64,000 nucleotides of DNA from an uncultured Actinomycetota bacterium (lineage in GTDB: Bacteria; Actinomycetota; UBA4738; HRBIN12). The stretch is taken from the NCBI GenBank assembly GCA_963746335.1, contig CAVVAK010000004.1:530825-594824 (forward strand), given 5' to 3'. Every line of letters starts with the position of its first letter. Positions within the stretch are counted from its first letter, which is position 1. The notes beneath the pieces were generated by a model that saw nothing but the letters and a program-made list of their open reading frames with translations, was not told the origin of the DNA and ran no database searches. Both the position numbers and the translations under genes were made by a program. Below are positions 38,492 through 48,161 of the stretch, piece after piece.

Positions 38492-39433
38492 CTAGGGTCC
38501 CAACCGGCCCAACATCTTGGTGCGGACGCGTGCGCCACGCTTCGGGCCCTCCGGATCCGACGTGGCCATGCTGATCCGAAGGTATTCACGCAGGAAGTGC
38601 GAGCTCTCACGCGCGTCGACCTTCGAGCCGGCGGCATAAGCCCCGATGGCCGCTCCCACCCATCCCTTCCCCTTCAGCCCGTCCAAGATCGTCTGAGTAA
38701 GAGGCCTTCGCAATTCGGAGTTCGACTGGACCAGGTAGTGGAAGAGGTCGTAATAGGGTGGGGCACCCGTATGGGAACTCTCCCAATCCACCAACCCCCA
38801 TTCGCGCTCCGTCGGGATGAGGTTCCACGGCGCGAAGTCCCCATGCGCGACGCCGCTCGTCCCGCCATCGACAGAGGTTCGATCGAAGAAGGTCCCAAGC
38901 GCGAACGCCACGTCCTCCGGAAGTCGCCATGGGGATGCCCGGGGCCGCCAATCGATGGCCTTGAAGACCAGCACACCTTCGGAGTGATCCAGCAACGTCG
39001 GCGGGAGCAACGGTGGTGGGAGCAGCGATCCGGACACTTCTATGGAGTCTTTCTCCTTCGAGAGGGCTCCGGCGCCTACGGTGTCTCTTGCCACCTTCAC
39101 GAACGCCACCGGTGTCCCATCCTGCTCGAAGACGAGCGCTAGGAACCGGCCGGGATGATTCGCTCTCGCCACCGCAAGTCCACCGCCCCGGGGAACGAGG
39201 GGACCCGCCGCCTCCCACACTTCCCTGGGTATGAGGCCGAAGCCTCGGAGGAAGCGGAATGCCCCTTGACCGGCGAGGGCACGGGCCATCTCCCAGCCGA
39301 TGCGGCTTCGAAACGTCACCGGGAAGTAGACGGAGAGGCCTGCCCCCGCGTGCGTCGGCGGCTGCCTCGGAAGGAACCACCGCGGCGAACGCCACCATGG
39401 CAGCGCCACCCAATCGGGGCCGGGGTCAGGCAC
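38492..39433 (-). CDS. aminoglycoside-phosphotransferase/choline-kinase-like (APH family) kinase
   Basis: GVAHGDFAPWNLIPTEREWGLVDWESS matches the HGDxxxxN...D catalytic/Mg loop of APH-fold kinases. GTG start. Confidence 0.7.
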   Translation of the reverse strand: MPDPGPDWVALPWWRSPRWFLPRQPPTHAGAGLSVYFPVTFRSRIGWEMARALAGQGAFRFLRGFGLIPREVWEAAGPLVPRGGGLAVARANHPGRFLALVFEQDGTPVAFVKVARDTVGAGALSKEKDSIEVSGSLLPPPLLPPTLLDHSEGVLVFKAIDWRPRASPWRLPEDVAFALGTFFDRTSVDGGTSGVAHGDFAPWNLIPTEREWGLVDWESSHTGAPPYYDLFHYLVQSNSELRRPLTQTILDGLKGKGWVGAAIGAYAAGSKVDARESSHFLREYLRISMATSDPEGPKRGARVRTKMLGRLGP

Positions 39434-39841
39434 CGTGTTCGGGACCCACCCAGTTGCATGAAGGCCCGACGAGTCGCCCGTAGAAGACGTGATCCTTCAC
39501 AGCCACCCTAGCGACTCGGCGAGCGCACCGGAGACGCCGCGATCCGCAACCTGACATGGGGAACTTGTGGCTCCCTCGCCGGGGAATGTTCTCAGGGCTC
39601 ACGATCACATGGTAGACGCCTCGCTGACGCTGAACGTCATACGCGTGCCACGTGAGGACTCTTATGGTGCGAAGGAGATCGTCAGGGCGACTGAGTTTCG
39701 GATACGCCGCGGTCTCTCTCGAGAGAGCCCTCTGGTCCTCATGTAGCATTGCATCCGCGGCGAGCGGCACCACCGACACGGATCATGTAGTTCGGAGGCG
39801 AACCAGGATGGTTCTGAGGGGCAGGCTAGCCGTACCCAGGA

Positions 39842-40990
39842 TTGGCCGATCTCTGTTGGGGACAAGATGTGGCACCGTGGGATCCCGTGCTCAAGCCCCA
39901 TAGACTCGGCATCTGGCCGACGCTTCCACCAACCAGATGGAGGCGGAAGTCATCCCCGTTGCCGTTCCCGTTAGAGGAACCGGGCTTCCGCTTGTATTCG
40001 CGCGCGCGCCACGGCCTCTGGCAGGGAGTGGGAGCACTCGGCCTCGGCCAGGGCGACTCGGTGCTCGCGCCCGCCTACCATCATGGATCCGAGATCGAGG
40101 CCCTCCAAAGAGCCGGGATCCATTGCCGCTTCTACGAGGTGGATGAGGATCTGCAACCCGATGAAGGCCGTCTTGAGGAGTTGCTGAGCCCGGATGTCCG
40201 AGCCCTCTACTTGATCCACTACTTCGGCGTCCCTCAAGCCGCAGACAGGTGGCGGCAGTGGTGTGATCGACACGACCTTCTGCTCATCGAGGACGCAGCG
40301 ATGGCCTTCCTCGCAAGCTGGGATGGTCGTCCTGTGGGGTCGTTCGGCGATCTCGCGATCTTCTGCTTGTACAAGTCCTTCGCTCTCCCCGATGGCGGAG
40401 CGGTGATCTGTTCGGCCCGATCGATGTCGGGGCCAAGGAGAGCTCCAAGGGCTTCGGGTCTACGCAGCTCGATGAGGCGAACAGGTTCGTGGCTCGAGCA
40501 ACGATCGAGCTTCGTGTCGACCCTTCATGGGATGGTCGACGGAGATCTCGAGCGGGAATGGGACCCGGACTTGAAGCTTGGAGATCCTTCTACTCCCGCG
40601 GCGCGGATGACGAGCGTACTCATCCCTCGACTCGTGGACCCGGCGGCAGCGGAGCGTCGTCGATCCAACTACCGCTTCCTCGAGGGAGAGCTTGGTGATC
40701 GATTGCATCCCTTGTTCTCATCCATCCCGGACGGCGCCTCCCCGGCCGCTCTCGTATTCCGAATGGACGGCGATGAACAACGCAGGGCTCGTAGCGAGCT
40801 CCGCCAGCGCGGAGTACGGCTCGACAACTTCTGGTTGACACCTCATCCGTCTGTACCAGATGAGGGATCCGAACGTTCGCGATCCTTTCGATCCTCCGTT
40901 GTTGGCTTGCCCGTGCATCAGGAGCTGAGGGACGTGGATCTGGAACAGATCGTGACGTCCGTGAAGGCTTCGCTCCGAACGTCGGTCTAG
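39842..40990 (+). CDS. DegT/DnrJ/EryC1/StrS-like PLP-dependent aminotransferase
   Basis: VLAPAYHHGSEIEAL, LLLIEDAAMAFLASWDGRPVGSFGDLAIFCLYKSFALPDGGAVI (candidate PLP lysine in YKSF). The true start may be downstream of 39842. Confidence 0.65.
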   Translation: MADLCWGQDVAPWDPVLKPHRLGIWPTLPPTRWRRKSSPLPFPLEEPGFRLYSRARHGLWQGVGALGLGQGDSVLAPAYHHGSEIEALQRAGIHCRFYEVDEDLQPDEGRLEELLSPDVRALYLIHYFGVPQAADRWRQWCDRHDLLLIEDAAMAFLASWDGRPVGSFGDLAIFCLYKSFALPDGGAVICSARSMSGPRRAPRASGLRSSMRRTGSWLEQRSSFVSTLHGMVDGDLEREWDPDLKLGDPSTPAARMTSVLIPRLVDPAAAERRRSNYRFLEGELGDRLHPLFSSIPDGASPAALVFRMDGDEQRRARSELRQRGVRLDNFWLTPHPSVPDEGSERSRSFRSSVVGLPVHQELRDVDLEQIVTSVKASLRTSV

Positions 40991-41021
40991 GCACCCGAAT
41001 CCTGTCCCGGCATGTCCGTGT

Positions 41022-42185
41022 TCATCGGCGGGCTCGAAGGCGTCCCCGGATGGCCTTCAGGCGCCGCAGGGCGCGTGGAGATAGTCGTCGGGATGCCATC
41101 TGCCGGATGACACGCGCTTTCGTTGATGTGTGAAGAGCGACCACGGTGAACTGCGTGCGGAGAAGACGTCGCGACCGTGGGGCAAGGTCGACGTTTTCTA
41201 CCGCGTCCTCTCCGTCGGCGAACGTGTACTTGTAGTTCTGTCCGCCAGGACCGAGGTCCACCACTCGATCACCGACTGTCCACGCGTGCTGGATGGCAGC
41301 CCGGACAGTTTCGATGGCGGGGCCATAGGGAGCCCAGCGAGGATCGAAGCCGCCGAGCCAATACGAGAGCGTGCCGCCCGCTCCTACGAACAAGTGCGAA
41401 CTGACCGGATCTCCTCCCGCCTCGATCGACCAAAGACGGAGTCGACCCAACGGAGCCAGTTGATGTGCAGCGTCGGCCAACATCGCTTCGATGCGAGGGG
41501 TGAGAACGCCGGAGCCTCCTTTCCTCTCCCAGCGCTCGTGATGGAGCATGGCAAAGTCACGAAGTCCCGCCACGACCTCCTCCTCTGATTCCGCCAATCG
41601 AGCCACGGCGCCACGCTCCTCCAGACGTCTCCTGCGTCGTCGGAACTCCGCGCGACGATGTCGGCTGAGGTCCGCGAACCAGTCGTCGTAGGTTCCGTGC
41701 TCTAGCGTGAGGCGAGGAGCCCGCATCCGAGAACCCCTCCAGACCCGAGCGCCTCGCGGTGAGACGTCGCCGACCCCCAGCAAGGCCGGCCATGGCGAAC
41801 CGACGGGCAGCCCGTGGAAGGAGATCACGTCAGCGGTGGGGCTCCCGGCAGCCAGTGCCTCTGAAGCGAGGGAAGCGACCTGAGGCTCGGATCCAGCTTT
41901 GGCGAGGGGTTCTGTGTTAGCCGCGATAGTCGACGCGAGCAGTCGATACCTAACGATCCCAACGCGGGTTCGCTCCGCGAAGAACGGCAGGACGCCCGCG
42001 AGCTCATCGTCCTCCCACACCGCGACGATCCTCAGCGTGGCCCTGCGCGGCCGAGCCTGCCGCCACCATGCCAACATCCAGCCCGGCGACGAGAAGGGGC
42101 GAGCTCGCGCGACGGCAAGAGCATCCCACCCGCCCTGGAGGGACTCCGCCGTACTGAGCTCGTCGATCACCTGGGTACGCCACAT
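41022..42185 (-). CDS. GNAT-fold acyltransferase, CelD/BcsL (FemAB-like) family
   Basis: N-terminal LQGGWDALAVARARPFSSPGWMLAWW and C-terminal SYWLGGFDPRWAPYGPAIETV...VDLGPGGQNYKYTF follow the Acetyltransf_6/CelD pattern. Confidence 0.7.
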   Translation of the reverse strand: MWRTQVIDELSTAESLQGGWDALAVARARPFSSPGWMLAWWRQARPRRATLRIVAVWEDDELAGVLPFFAERTRVGIVRYRLLASTIAANTEPLAKAGSEPQVASLASEALAAGSPTADVISFHGLPVGSPWPALLGVGDVSPRGARVWRGSRMRAPRLTLEHGTYDDWFADLSRHRRAEFRRRRRRLEERGAVARLAESEEEVVAGLRDFAMLHHERWERKGGSGVLTPRIEAMLADAAHQLAPLGRLRLWSIEAGGDPVSSHLFVGAGGTLSYWLGGFDPRWAPYGPAIETVRAAIQHAWTVGDRVVDLGPGGQNYKYTFADGEDAVENVDLAPRSRRLLRTQFTVVALHTSTKARVIRQMASRRLSPRALRRLKAIRGRLRARR

Positions 42186-42318
42186 GGCTCCGCAGCGGGC
42201 AGGGTAGCGTGGATCCGAAAATCCTTGGCGCCGAGGTCGTCCGGCCCGATGCCATCGCTGGACCAGCCCCGGGGATGGTCCTGGCTTCGGTCAGCGACGA
42301 CGGCTAAGCTCCGAACGC

Positions 42319-44352
42319 ATGTTCGAGGACCTGAATCCGGAGCAGCAAGCCGCCGTTCGGCACGGCGAGGGACCGCTGCTCATCGTTGCGGGCGCCGGGA
42401 GCGGCAAGACGATGACCCTTGCCGCTCGGGTGGCTTCGTTGATCGAACGAGGCGTTCGCCCCGAGCGGATCCTGCTCCTCACGTTCAGCAGACGCGCCTC
42501 GCGCGAGATGGTCTCGCGAGCGGCTCGCCTGGGCACGAGCGACACGGGCCGCGTCTGGGGCGGAACGTTCCACGCGATCGGGAACCGCCTGCTGCGTCTC
42601 CACGGTCGCGCGCTCGGTCTCACCCCCGACTTCACGGTCCTCGACCAAGCCGACGGGGCCGACGTGATGAACCTGCTCCGTGACGAGCTCGGATACTCGG
42701 CCCGCGAGCGGCGCTTCCCCCGCAAGGACACGCTCGCGGCGATCTACTCGCGAACGGTGAATGCGGGCGAGCAGCTGACCAGCGTGTTGAAACGCCATTA
42801 CCCCTGGTGTCTCGACGAGGCCGAGGGGATCCGCGAGATCTTCCGGGCGTACACCGAGCGCAAACGGCAGCAGCATGTCCTGGACTACGACGACCTCCTG
42901 CTGTTCTGGAAAGCCCTCGCCACATCACCCGCGACGAGGTCGCAGCTCGCCGCGATGTTCGAGCACATCCTGGTCGACGAGTACCAGGACACGAACGCGC
43001 TGCAGGCCGACATCCTCGAAGGGATGCGGCCTGCTGCGGGCCCGCGGAACCTCACCGTCGTGGGCGACGACGCGCAGGCGATCTACGGCTTCCGCGCGGC
43101 GACCGTGAAGAACATCCTCCGGTTCCCCGAGCGCTTCCCGGACGCAACGATGGTCAAGCTCGAACGCAACTATCGTTCGACGCCGCCGATCCTCGCGGCG
43201 TCGAACGCGGTGATCGCGCTCAGTCCGCAACGGCACGAGAAGACCCTTCGGCCCACACGGCCCGGCGAGGGACGGCCGGTCCTTCGGGCGTGTCTCGATG
43301 AGGCCGAGCAGAGCGATGCCGTGTGCCGCGCGGTCCTGGAACACCGTGAGCAAGGCGTTCCCTTGAAGGCGCAGGCGGTCCTCTTCCGCGCCGCGTACCA
43401 CTCGGATCACCTCGAGGTGGAGCTCGCCCGGAGGAACATCCCGTTCATCAAGTACGGGGGACTGAAGTTCATGGAGGCGGCGCACGTGAAGGACGCGCTC
43501 GCGTGCCTCCGCATCCTGGAGAACCCGCTGGACGAGGTGAGCTGGTTCCGGGTGCTGCAGCTCCTGGACGGCATGGGCCCGGCCTCGGCGCGGCGGCTCA
43601 TGGAGGAGCTCGAGGTGCGGCGCGGTGAGGACGCGGACGCGGCGTCGCCGCTCACCCGGTTCCTCGACGAACCCGTCGCGGTGCCGAAAGGCGCCGCGCA
43701 GGGGATCCGGGAGCTGCGCCTCGCCCTCGGCGACTGCCTCGACGGCGACGCGCTCCCGCCGGCAGGACAGCTCGCGAGGCTCAGGACCTTCCTCGAGCCC
43801 GTGATCGCTCAGAAGTACGACGCCGCCGCATCGCGCGTCCGCGACCTTGAGCAGCTCGAGCTCCTCGCCTCGGAATCGAGCTCACGCGGGCAGTTCCTCG
43901 CCGACCTCACGCTCGACCCGCCGTCGTCCACCGGGGACCTCGCGGGTCCGCCGCACCTGGACGAGGACTACCTGATCCTCTCGACGATCCACTCCGCCAA
44001 GGGCCTCGAGTGGGACGTCGTCCATGTGATCCACGCGGCCGACGGCATGATCCCCTCGGACATGTCCACCGGCGACGACGACGAGATCGAGGAGGAGCGC
44101 CGTCTCCTGTACGTGGCGCTCACCCGCGCGCGAGACGCGCTTCACGTGACCTACCCGCAGCGCTACTACCGCAGACCCAAGGGCCTCGAGGATCCTCACT
44201 CGTACTCGCAGCGGTCCCGGTTCCTGCCCGAGGACGTGCTGGAGCACTTCGACGTGATCGGGCCGCAGGTCATCACCGTTCCCGACGACGGCGCACCCGT
44301 GACCGCAGCGGCGGACGTCGACGCGTTCCTCGCCGGCCTCTGGGCCGACTGA
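42319..44352 (+). CDS. UvrD/Rep/PcrA-family ATP-dependent DNA helicase
   Basis: LNPEQQAAVRHGEGPLLIVAGAGSGKTMTL (motifs Q/I), ILVDEYQDTN (II), VVGDDAQAIYGFRAA (III), LERNYRS (IV), LSTIHSAKGLEWDVV (V), LLYVALTRAR (VI). Confidence 0.9.
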   Translation: MFEDLNPEQQAAVRHGEGPLLIVAGAGSGKTMTLAARVASLIERGVRPERILLLTFSRRASREMVSRAARLGTSDTGRVWGGTFHAIGNRLLRLHGRALGLTPDFTVLDQADGADVMNLLRDELGYSARERRFPRKDTLAAIYSRTVNAGEQLTSVLKRHYPWCLDEAEGIREIFRAYTERKRQQHVLDYDDLLLFWKALATSPATRSQLAAMFEHILVDEYQDTNALQADILEGMRPAAGPRNLTVVGDDAQAIYGFRAATVKNILRFPERFPDATMVKLERNYRSTPPILAASNAVIALSPQRHEKTLRPTRPGEGRPVLRACLDEAEQSDAVCRAVLEHREQGVPLKAQAVLFRAAYHSDHLEVELARRNIPFIKYGGLKFMEAAHVKDALACLRILENPLDEVSWFRVLQLLDGMGPASARRLMEELEVRRGEDADAASPLTRFLDEPVAVPKGAAQGIRELRLALGDCLDGDALPPAGQLARLRTFLEPVIAQKYDAAASRVRDLEQLELLASESSSRGQFLADLTLDPPSSTGDLAGPPHLDEDYLILSTIHSAKGLEWDVVHVIHAADGMIPSDMSTGDDDEIEEERRLLYVALTRARDALHVTYPQRYYRRPKGLEDPHSYSQRSRFLPEDVLEHFDVIGPQVITVPDDGAPVTAAADVDAFLAGLWAD

Positions 44353-44405
44353 GCGAGCAGCGCTTCCGACCACGTCGCGCCGTCAGGAGGGATACGCTTC
44401 GCGCC

Positions 44406-46037
44406 ATGGCTCCTCCGGGTGAGCGTGAGCACGTCCTCGTCGCCGTCTTGTTCACCGACATCGTCGGGTCGACCGAGCTGGCGGCGGAGATGGGCGACGA
44501 GGCTTGGAAACGTCTCCTCCAGGAACACCACTCGATCGTGCGCCGCCTCGTGAAGAACGGCGGCGGTCGCGTCGTGGACACCGCGGGCGACGGCGTCTTC
44601 GCGGTGTTCGACCGTCCGGCGGCGGCGATCCGATGCGCCTTCCACGCGACCCGAGCCGTTCGAGAGATCGGTATCGAGGTCCGCGCCGGCGTTCATTTCG
44701 GGGAGAGCGAGTCGGCCGGCGGCAAGGTAAGCGGGATCGCCGTGCATACGGCGTCTCGTGTCATGTCCCTCGCCCAACCCGGGGAGGTCCTGGTCACGGG
44801 GACCGTGAAGGACCTCGTCGCCGGCAGACGGATCATCGTGTCCGACCGCGGCGCACACGAACTGAAGGGGATCCCCTCCACCTGGCAGGTGTTCAGCATC
44901 GAGGAGGTGGAGGGAAGTCGAACGGGGCCTCCGGTCGACCCGGCGGAGGCGGCGGAGCGTCGAGGCAGGTTCGCTCGAGGGAAGGCTTCACCCCGCAGGG
45001 TCCGAGTGATCGCCGGCCTCCTGGCTGTCGTGACGATCGTGGTTGCGTCCGTCGCCCTCATCCGCGACGGGGAGCGCCCCTCGTCGGGGCCACTGCCGCA
45101 ACGAAGCCTCGTGCGATTGGATCCGTCGACGGACGAGCGCATCCGCATCCCCGTCGGCGAGGCCCTCACGAGCGTCGCCACGGGGGAGGGATCGGTCTGG
45201 GTGGTCTCGAACGCCGACAGACGCCTCTACCGCATCGATCCTTCGACCTCGAAGGCGACCGCCCACGTGGACCTCGATGGACGGCCGAACGAGGTCAGCG
45301 TCGGAGAGGGAGCCGTGTGGGTGACGACGTCGACCGATCTGTTCCGTATCGATCCCGTGTCCAACGACGTGACGCTCCGGTCACGCCTCGGCGGTTGCCC
45401 GGAGCAGGAAGCGTGCACGACCGACGTCGTCGTTACCGACGGGTCCGTCTGGGCCATCCACTACGACAGCCGCCGACTCATGGAGTTCGATCCGGCCCGT
45501 GACAACGAGATCCGAAGGTTCCGACTGGAGGCCCCACCGGTCGCGCTCGCGGCCGGCGACGGTGCCGTCTGGATCCTCCTAGATGGCCTCGAGCCCACGG
45601 TCGTGCGGATCGACACCTCATCCGGGCTGATGTCATCGCACACATTGCCAGCCGGATCCGCTCAGACGCGATGTCTCGACCGCGACGTCGGACTGGCCTA
45701 CGCCGCGGAGCTGTGCGGGGCGATAGCGGTCGGAGAACGGTCCGTCTGGGTCGCAACGACGGGACTCTTCGCGTCGGAGCTCTGGCGACTCGATCCGGCC
45801 ACTGGACGGCTGGTCGGGACCCCGCGATCGTTGGACTGCTGTGTGATGGCGATGGTCGCTTCCGAGGAGGAGCTCATCGATCAGCTCTGGATCGGGCTCT
45901 CGGCCGGCGATCTGGCGATCGTCCCGGAGGCGATCGGGGAGCAGCGGGAGGCGCTCCCGGTGGGCGGCACGATCACCGACGTGGCCATCGGATACGACGC
46001 CGCCTGGGTCACGGTCCACGATCTGCCGGGCGCGTGA
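44406..46037 (+). CDS. class III adenylate/guanylate cyclase with a TM segment and a C-terminal repeat (beta-propeller-like) domain
   Basis: VLFTDIVGSTELAAEMGDEAWKRLLQEHH...VDTAGDGVFAVF...RAGVHFGE is the cyclase homology domain. TM VIAGLLAVVTIVVASVALI. This is followed by repeated ..G.VWV...RIDP.. units. ATG 44406 was chosen because the ORF-track start at 44010 lies inside the helicase gene. Confidence 0.8.
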   Translation: MAPPGEREHVLVAVLFTDIVGSTELAAEMGDEAWKRLLQEHHSIVRRLVKNGGGRVVDTAGDGVFAVFDRPAAAIRCAFHATRAVREIGIEVRAGVHFGESESAGGKVSGIAVHTASRVMSLAQPGEVLVTGTVKDLVAGRRIIVSDRGAHELKGIPSTWQVFSIEEVEGSRTGPPVDPAEAAERRGRFARGKASPRRVRVIAGLLAVVTIVVASVALIRDGERPSSGPLPQRSLVRLDPSTDERIRIPVGEALTSVATGEGSVWVVSNADRRLYRIDPSTSKATAHVDLDGRPNEVSVGEGAVWVTTSTDLFRIDPVSNDVTLRSRLGGCPEQEACTTDVVVTDGSVWAIHYDSRRLMEFDPARDNEIRRFRLEAPPVALAAGDGAVWILLDGLEPTVVRIDTSSGLMSSHTLPAGSAQTRCLDRDVGLAYAAELCGAIAVGERSVWVATTGLFASELWRLDPATGRLVGTPRSLDCCVMAMVASEEELIDQLWIGLSAGDLAIVPEAIGEQREALPVGGTITDVAIGYDAAWVTVHDLPGA

Positions 46038-46112
46038 ACCCACTCGGACCCGTGTCCGTACCCCTACCGTCGCGGAAGGACGCGCCTTCCGCATCGAGGG
46101 GAGGACGATCAC

Positions 46113-46568
46113 ATGCACCGAGCCCATCGCCGCATCGCCGCGGTGTTCCTGCTCCTCACGCTGGCGGCACTGGCCTTCGCCTTGCCGGCCTCCGCGGGCG
46201 GGCGTCCGTACACGACCTCGCTCACCGGGGCTGCCGAGCGGCCGGACCCCGGCGATGCCGACGCCACGGGATCCGCACGCGTCACCGTGAACCCCGGGAC
46301 CCGGATGGTCTGCTGGTCCGTCTCCGTAGAGGGCGTCGACCTGCCGCTCGTCGCCGCGCACATCCACACGGGGAACGCGAACGTCGCGGGACCGCCCACG
46401 ATCTTCCTGATCCCGGCGGGTGAGACGGATGCCGACGGGGTCCTCGAGGGGTGCGCGACCGTCGATCGGACGCTGGCGCTCGGACTGATCCTCCACCCCG
46501 AGGACTATTACGTGAACGTGCATACGACCCTGTTCCCGGCCGGAGCCGCCCGAGGACAGCTCGGCTGA
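46113..46568 (+). CDS. secreted CHRD domain protein
   Basis: Signal peptide AAVFLLLTLAALAFALPASA. AAHIHTGNANVAGP and YYVNVHTTLFPAGAARGQL are CHRD hallmarks. Confidence 0.8.
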   Translation: MHRAHRRIAAVFLLLTLAALAFALPASAGGRPYTTSLTGAAERPDPGDADATGSARVTVNPGTRMVCWSVSVEGVDLPLVAAHIHTGNANVAGPPTIFLIPAGETDADGVLEGCATVDRTLALGLILHPEDYYVNVHTTLFPAGAARGQLG

Positions 46569-46586
46569 GCATCCACGGTTCGTGGT

Positions 46587-46612
46587 GTCGGCGGCCCGAA
46601 CGGGCCGCCGAC
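46587..46612 (+). terminator. GC-rich hairpin just after the CHRD gene (putative intrinsic terminator)
   Basis: GTCGGCGGCCC-GAAC-GGGCCGCCGAC: a perfect 11-bp stem with a 4-nt loop, 19 nt after the stop at 46568. It is followed by CCACCCTTATCC, only a weak T tract. Confidence 0.5.
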
Positions 46613-46632
46613 CCACCCTTATCCTTGACCGT

Positions 46633-47283
46633 GTGGATGCCGTCCTGCTCGACCTCTACGACACGCTCGTCCGCACCCGCTGGGGACAGCTCTCCGAGCG
46701 CATCACGGCGGAGCTCGGCATCGAGAAAGCCGAGCTCTTCCGCGCCTACGACGTGACCAGGGCGGCCAGGGGAGTCGGCACCTACGGGAGCGTCGAGGGC
46801 GACATGACCGCGATCGTCGAGGCGGCGGGCCTCGACCCGGAACCTGCGTTGCTCCAGCGGCTGTTGGTCATGGAGCGTGAGTTCTCCGCCACGGGAGTCG
46901 AGCTCTGGGAGGACTCCCTACCGGTCCTGCGGGAGCTTCGCGGGCGCGGCGTCAGGTCGGCCCTGATCAGCAACTGCTCTCATTCGACGAGACCCATCGT
47001 CGACCGTCTCAAGATCGCCGAGGAGTTCGACGAGATCCTGCTGTCGTTCGAGGTCGGGTTGCATAAGCCGGATCCCGAGATCTACCGGGAAGCGCTCCGG
47101 CGCCTCGGCGACGTCGCACCCGGACGCACCGTGTTCGTGGACGACCAGCCGGCCTACTGCGACGGGGCAGCGGCCCTCGGGATCGAGACCTTCCTGATCG
47201 ACCGCTCGGGCGACGGCACGCCGGATCTCAACGGTCACCGGGTGATCCCGGACCTCCGCCCGTTGCTATCCGTAGGCGCCTGA
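46633..47283 (+). CDS. HAD-superfamily hydrolase
   Basis: VDAVLLDLYDTLV (DxDxT-type motif I), SNCS (II), VFVDDQ (IV). GTG 46633 is preferred over 46582 because the hairpin at 46587..46612 sits in the longer N-terminus. Confidence 0.8.
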   Translation: MDAVLLDLYDTLVRTRWGQLSERITAELGIEKAELFRAYDVTRAARGVGTYGSVEGDMTAIVEAAGLDPEPALLQRLLVMEREFSATGVELWEDSLPVLRELRGRGVRSALISNCSHSTRPIVDRLKIAEEFDEILLSFEVGLHKPDPEIYREALRRLGDVAPGRTVFVDDQPAYCDGAAALGIETFLIDRSGDGTPDLNGHRVIPDLRPLLSVGA

Positions 47284-48127
47284 GCCGGACCCAGCCCCGG
47301 CGTCGGCCAGCGCCTTCGTCATGTCCGTCACCTCGGAGGGGCGGGGGATCTCGATGTCGACCGGCTCGCCGAAGTTCGAATACTCCACGGTCATCTCCAT
47401 GAGGGCTTCCTCGGCCCCCGGGACGAGCTTCCCGAAGTCCATGCTGATCCGTTGCCGGCGCGGCAGTCCCTCTCCGTCGATCCAGATCTCGAACGGGATC
47501 TTCTCGCCGACCCCGAGCGACTCGAACTGTTCCACCACCATGCCGAGCTGCTCCTTGGTCGCGGCGTCGACGTCCTTGCTGACGGCGTCGGTGAAGCCCT
47601 CGAGCACCTTCTTCAGATCGAGCGTGCCCACGTAGTGCGTCGTAGAAACCCCCTGGAGCTGCTGCTCCCCGGAGTCCTTCACGTCGAACACGCCGGCGAA
47701 CAGGCCGATGTAGGCTAGAGGGATCCGTGGTGCCGGTCCCGAATCCGCCGAACTGCGCGGCGGCGGCCGGATCCATCTTCGACGGATCCATGCTGACCCA
47801 GTCCGTCCCGGCGTCTTCGAAGACCGGCGACCGCATGTACACCACGCCGTCGTCCATCAGCAGCTGCATCTCGCCGCCGAGCATCCCGAGGTCCATCGTC
47901 ATGTCGATCCGCTTGTGTGCGTTGTCCACGTCTGCCTCGCCCGAGAAGGAGAGTTCCTCTCCGGCCGCCGACACCGACATCTCGAGCTCCTGGTGGAGGG
48001 TCTCGACCTCGTAGACGGCCTTCATGGCGTTCAGCACGGCGTCTCTCGGGTTGACGGGAGAGGAGCCTTCGGCACAGGCCCCGAGGAGGACGCTCGAGAC
48101 GGCGAGGGCAGCCAGCAGTTTCTTCAT
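47266..48127 (-). pseudogene. lipoprotein (LolA/LppX-like fold suspected) with one +1 frame break near 47712-47720
   Basis: MKKLLAALAVSSVLLGAC is a lipobox. ...AQFGGFGTGTTDPSS| then the next frame reads YIGLFAGVFDVKDSGEQQLQGVSTTHYVGTLDLKKV... Confidence 0.65.
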
Positions 48128-48161
48128 GAGGCCATCATCGGCAGGAAACACCGGACTGCAG

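Noticed and set aside
39426-39779. A 117-aa minus-strand ORF immediately upstream of the APH-like kinase, as a small gene or an N-terminal extension of the kinase.
   Set aside because: It has no recognisable motif, its composition is ambiguous and it is in a different frame from the kinase. It cannot be supported from sequence alone, so it is left unannotated.
44010-44405. The ORF-track start of the cyclase gene at 44010 adds 132 N-terminal residues.
   Set aside because: That stretch lies inside the 3' end of the helicase gene and is Arg-rich nonsense. The cyclase domain begins right after ATG 44406.
46582-46632. The longer N-terminus of the HAD hydrolase (start 46582).
   Set aside because: It contains the perfect 11-bp-stem hairpin that follows the CHRD gene. 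The DxD motif begins right after GTG 46633.
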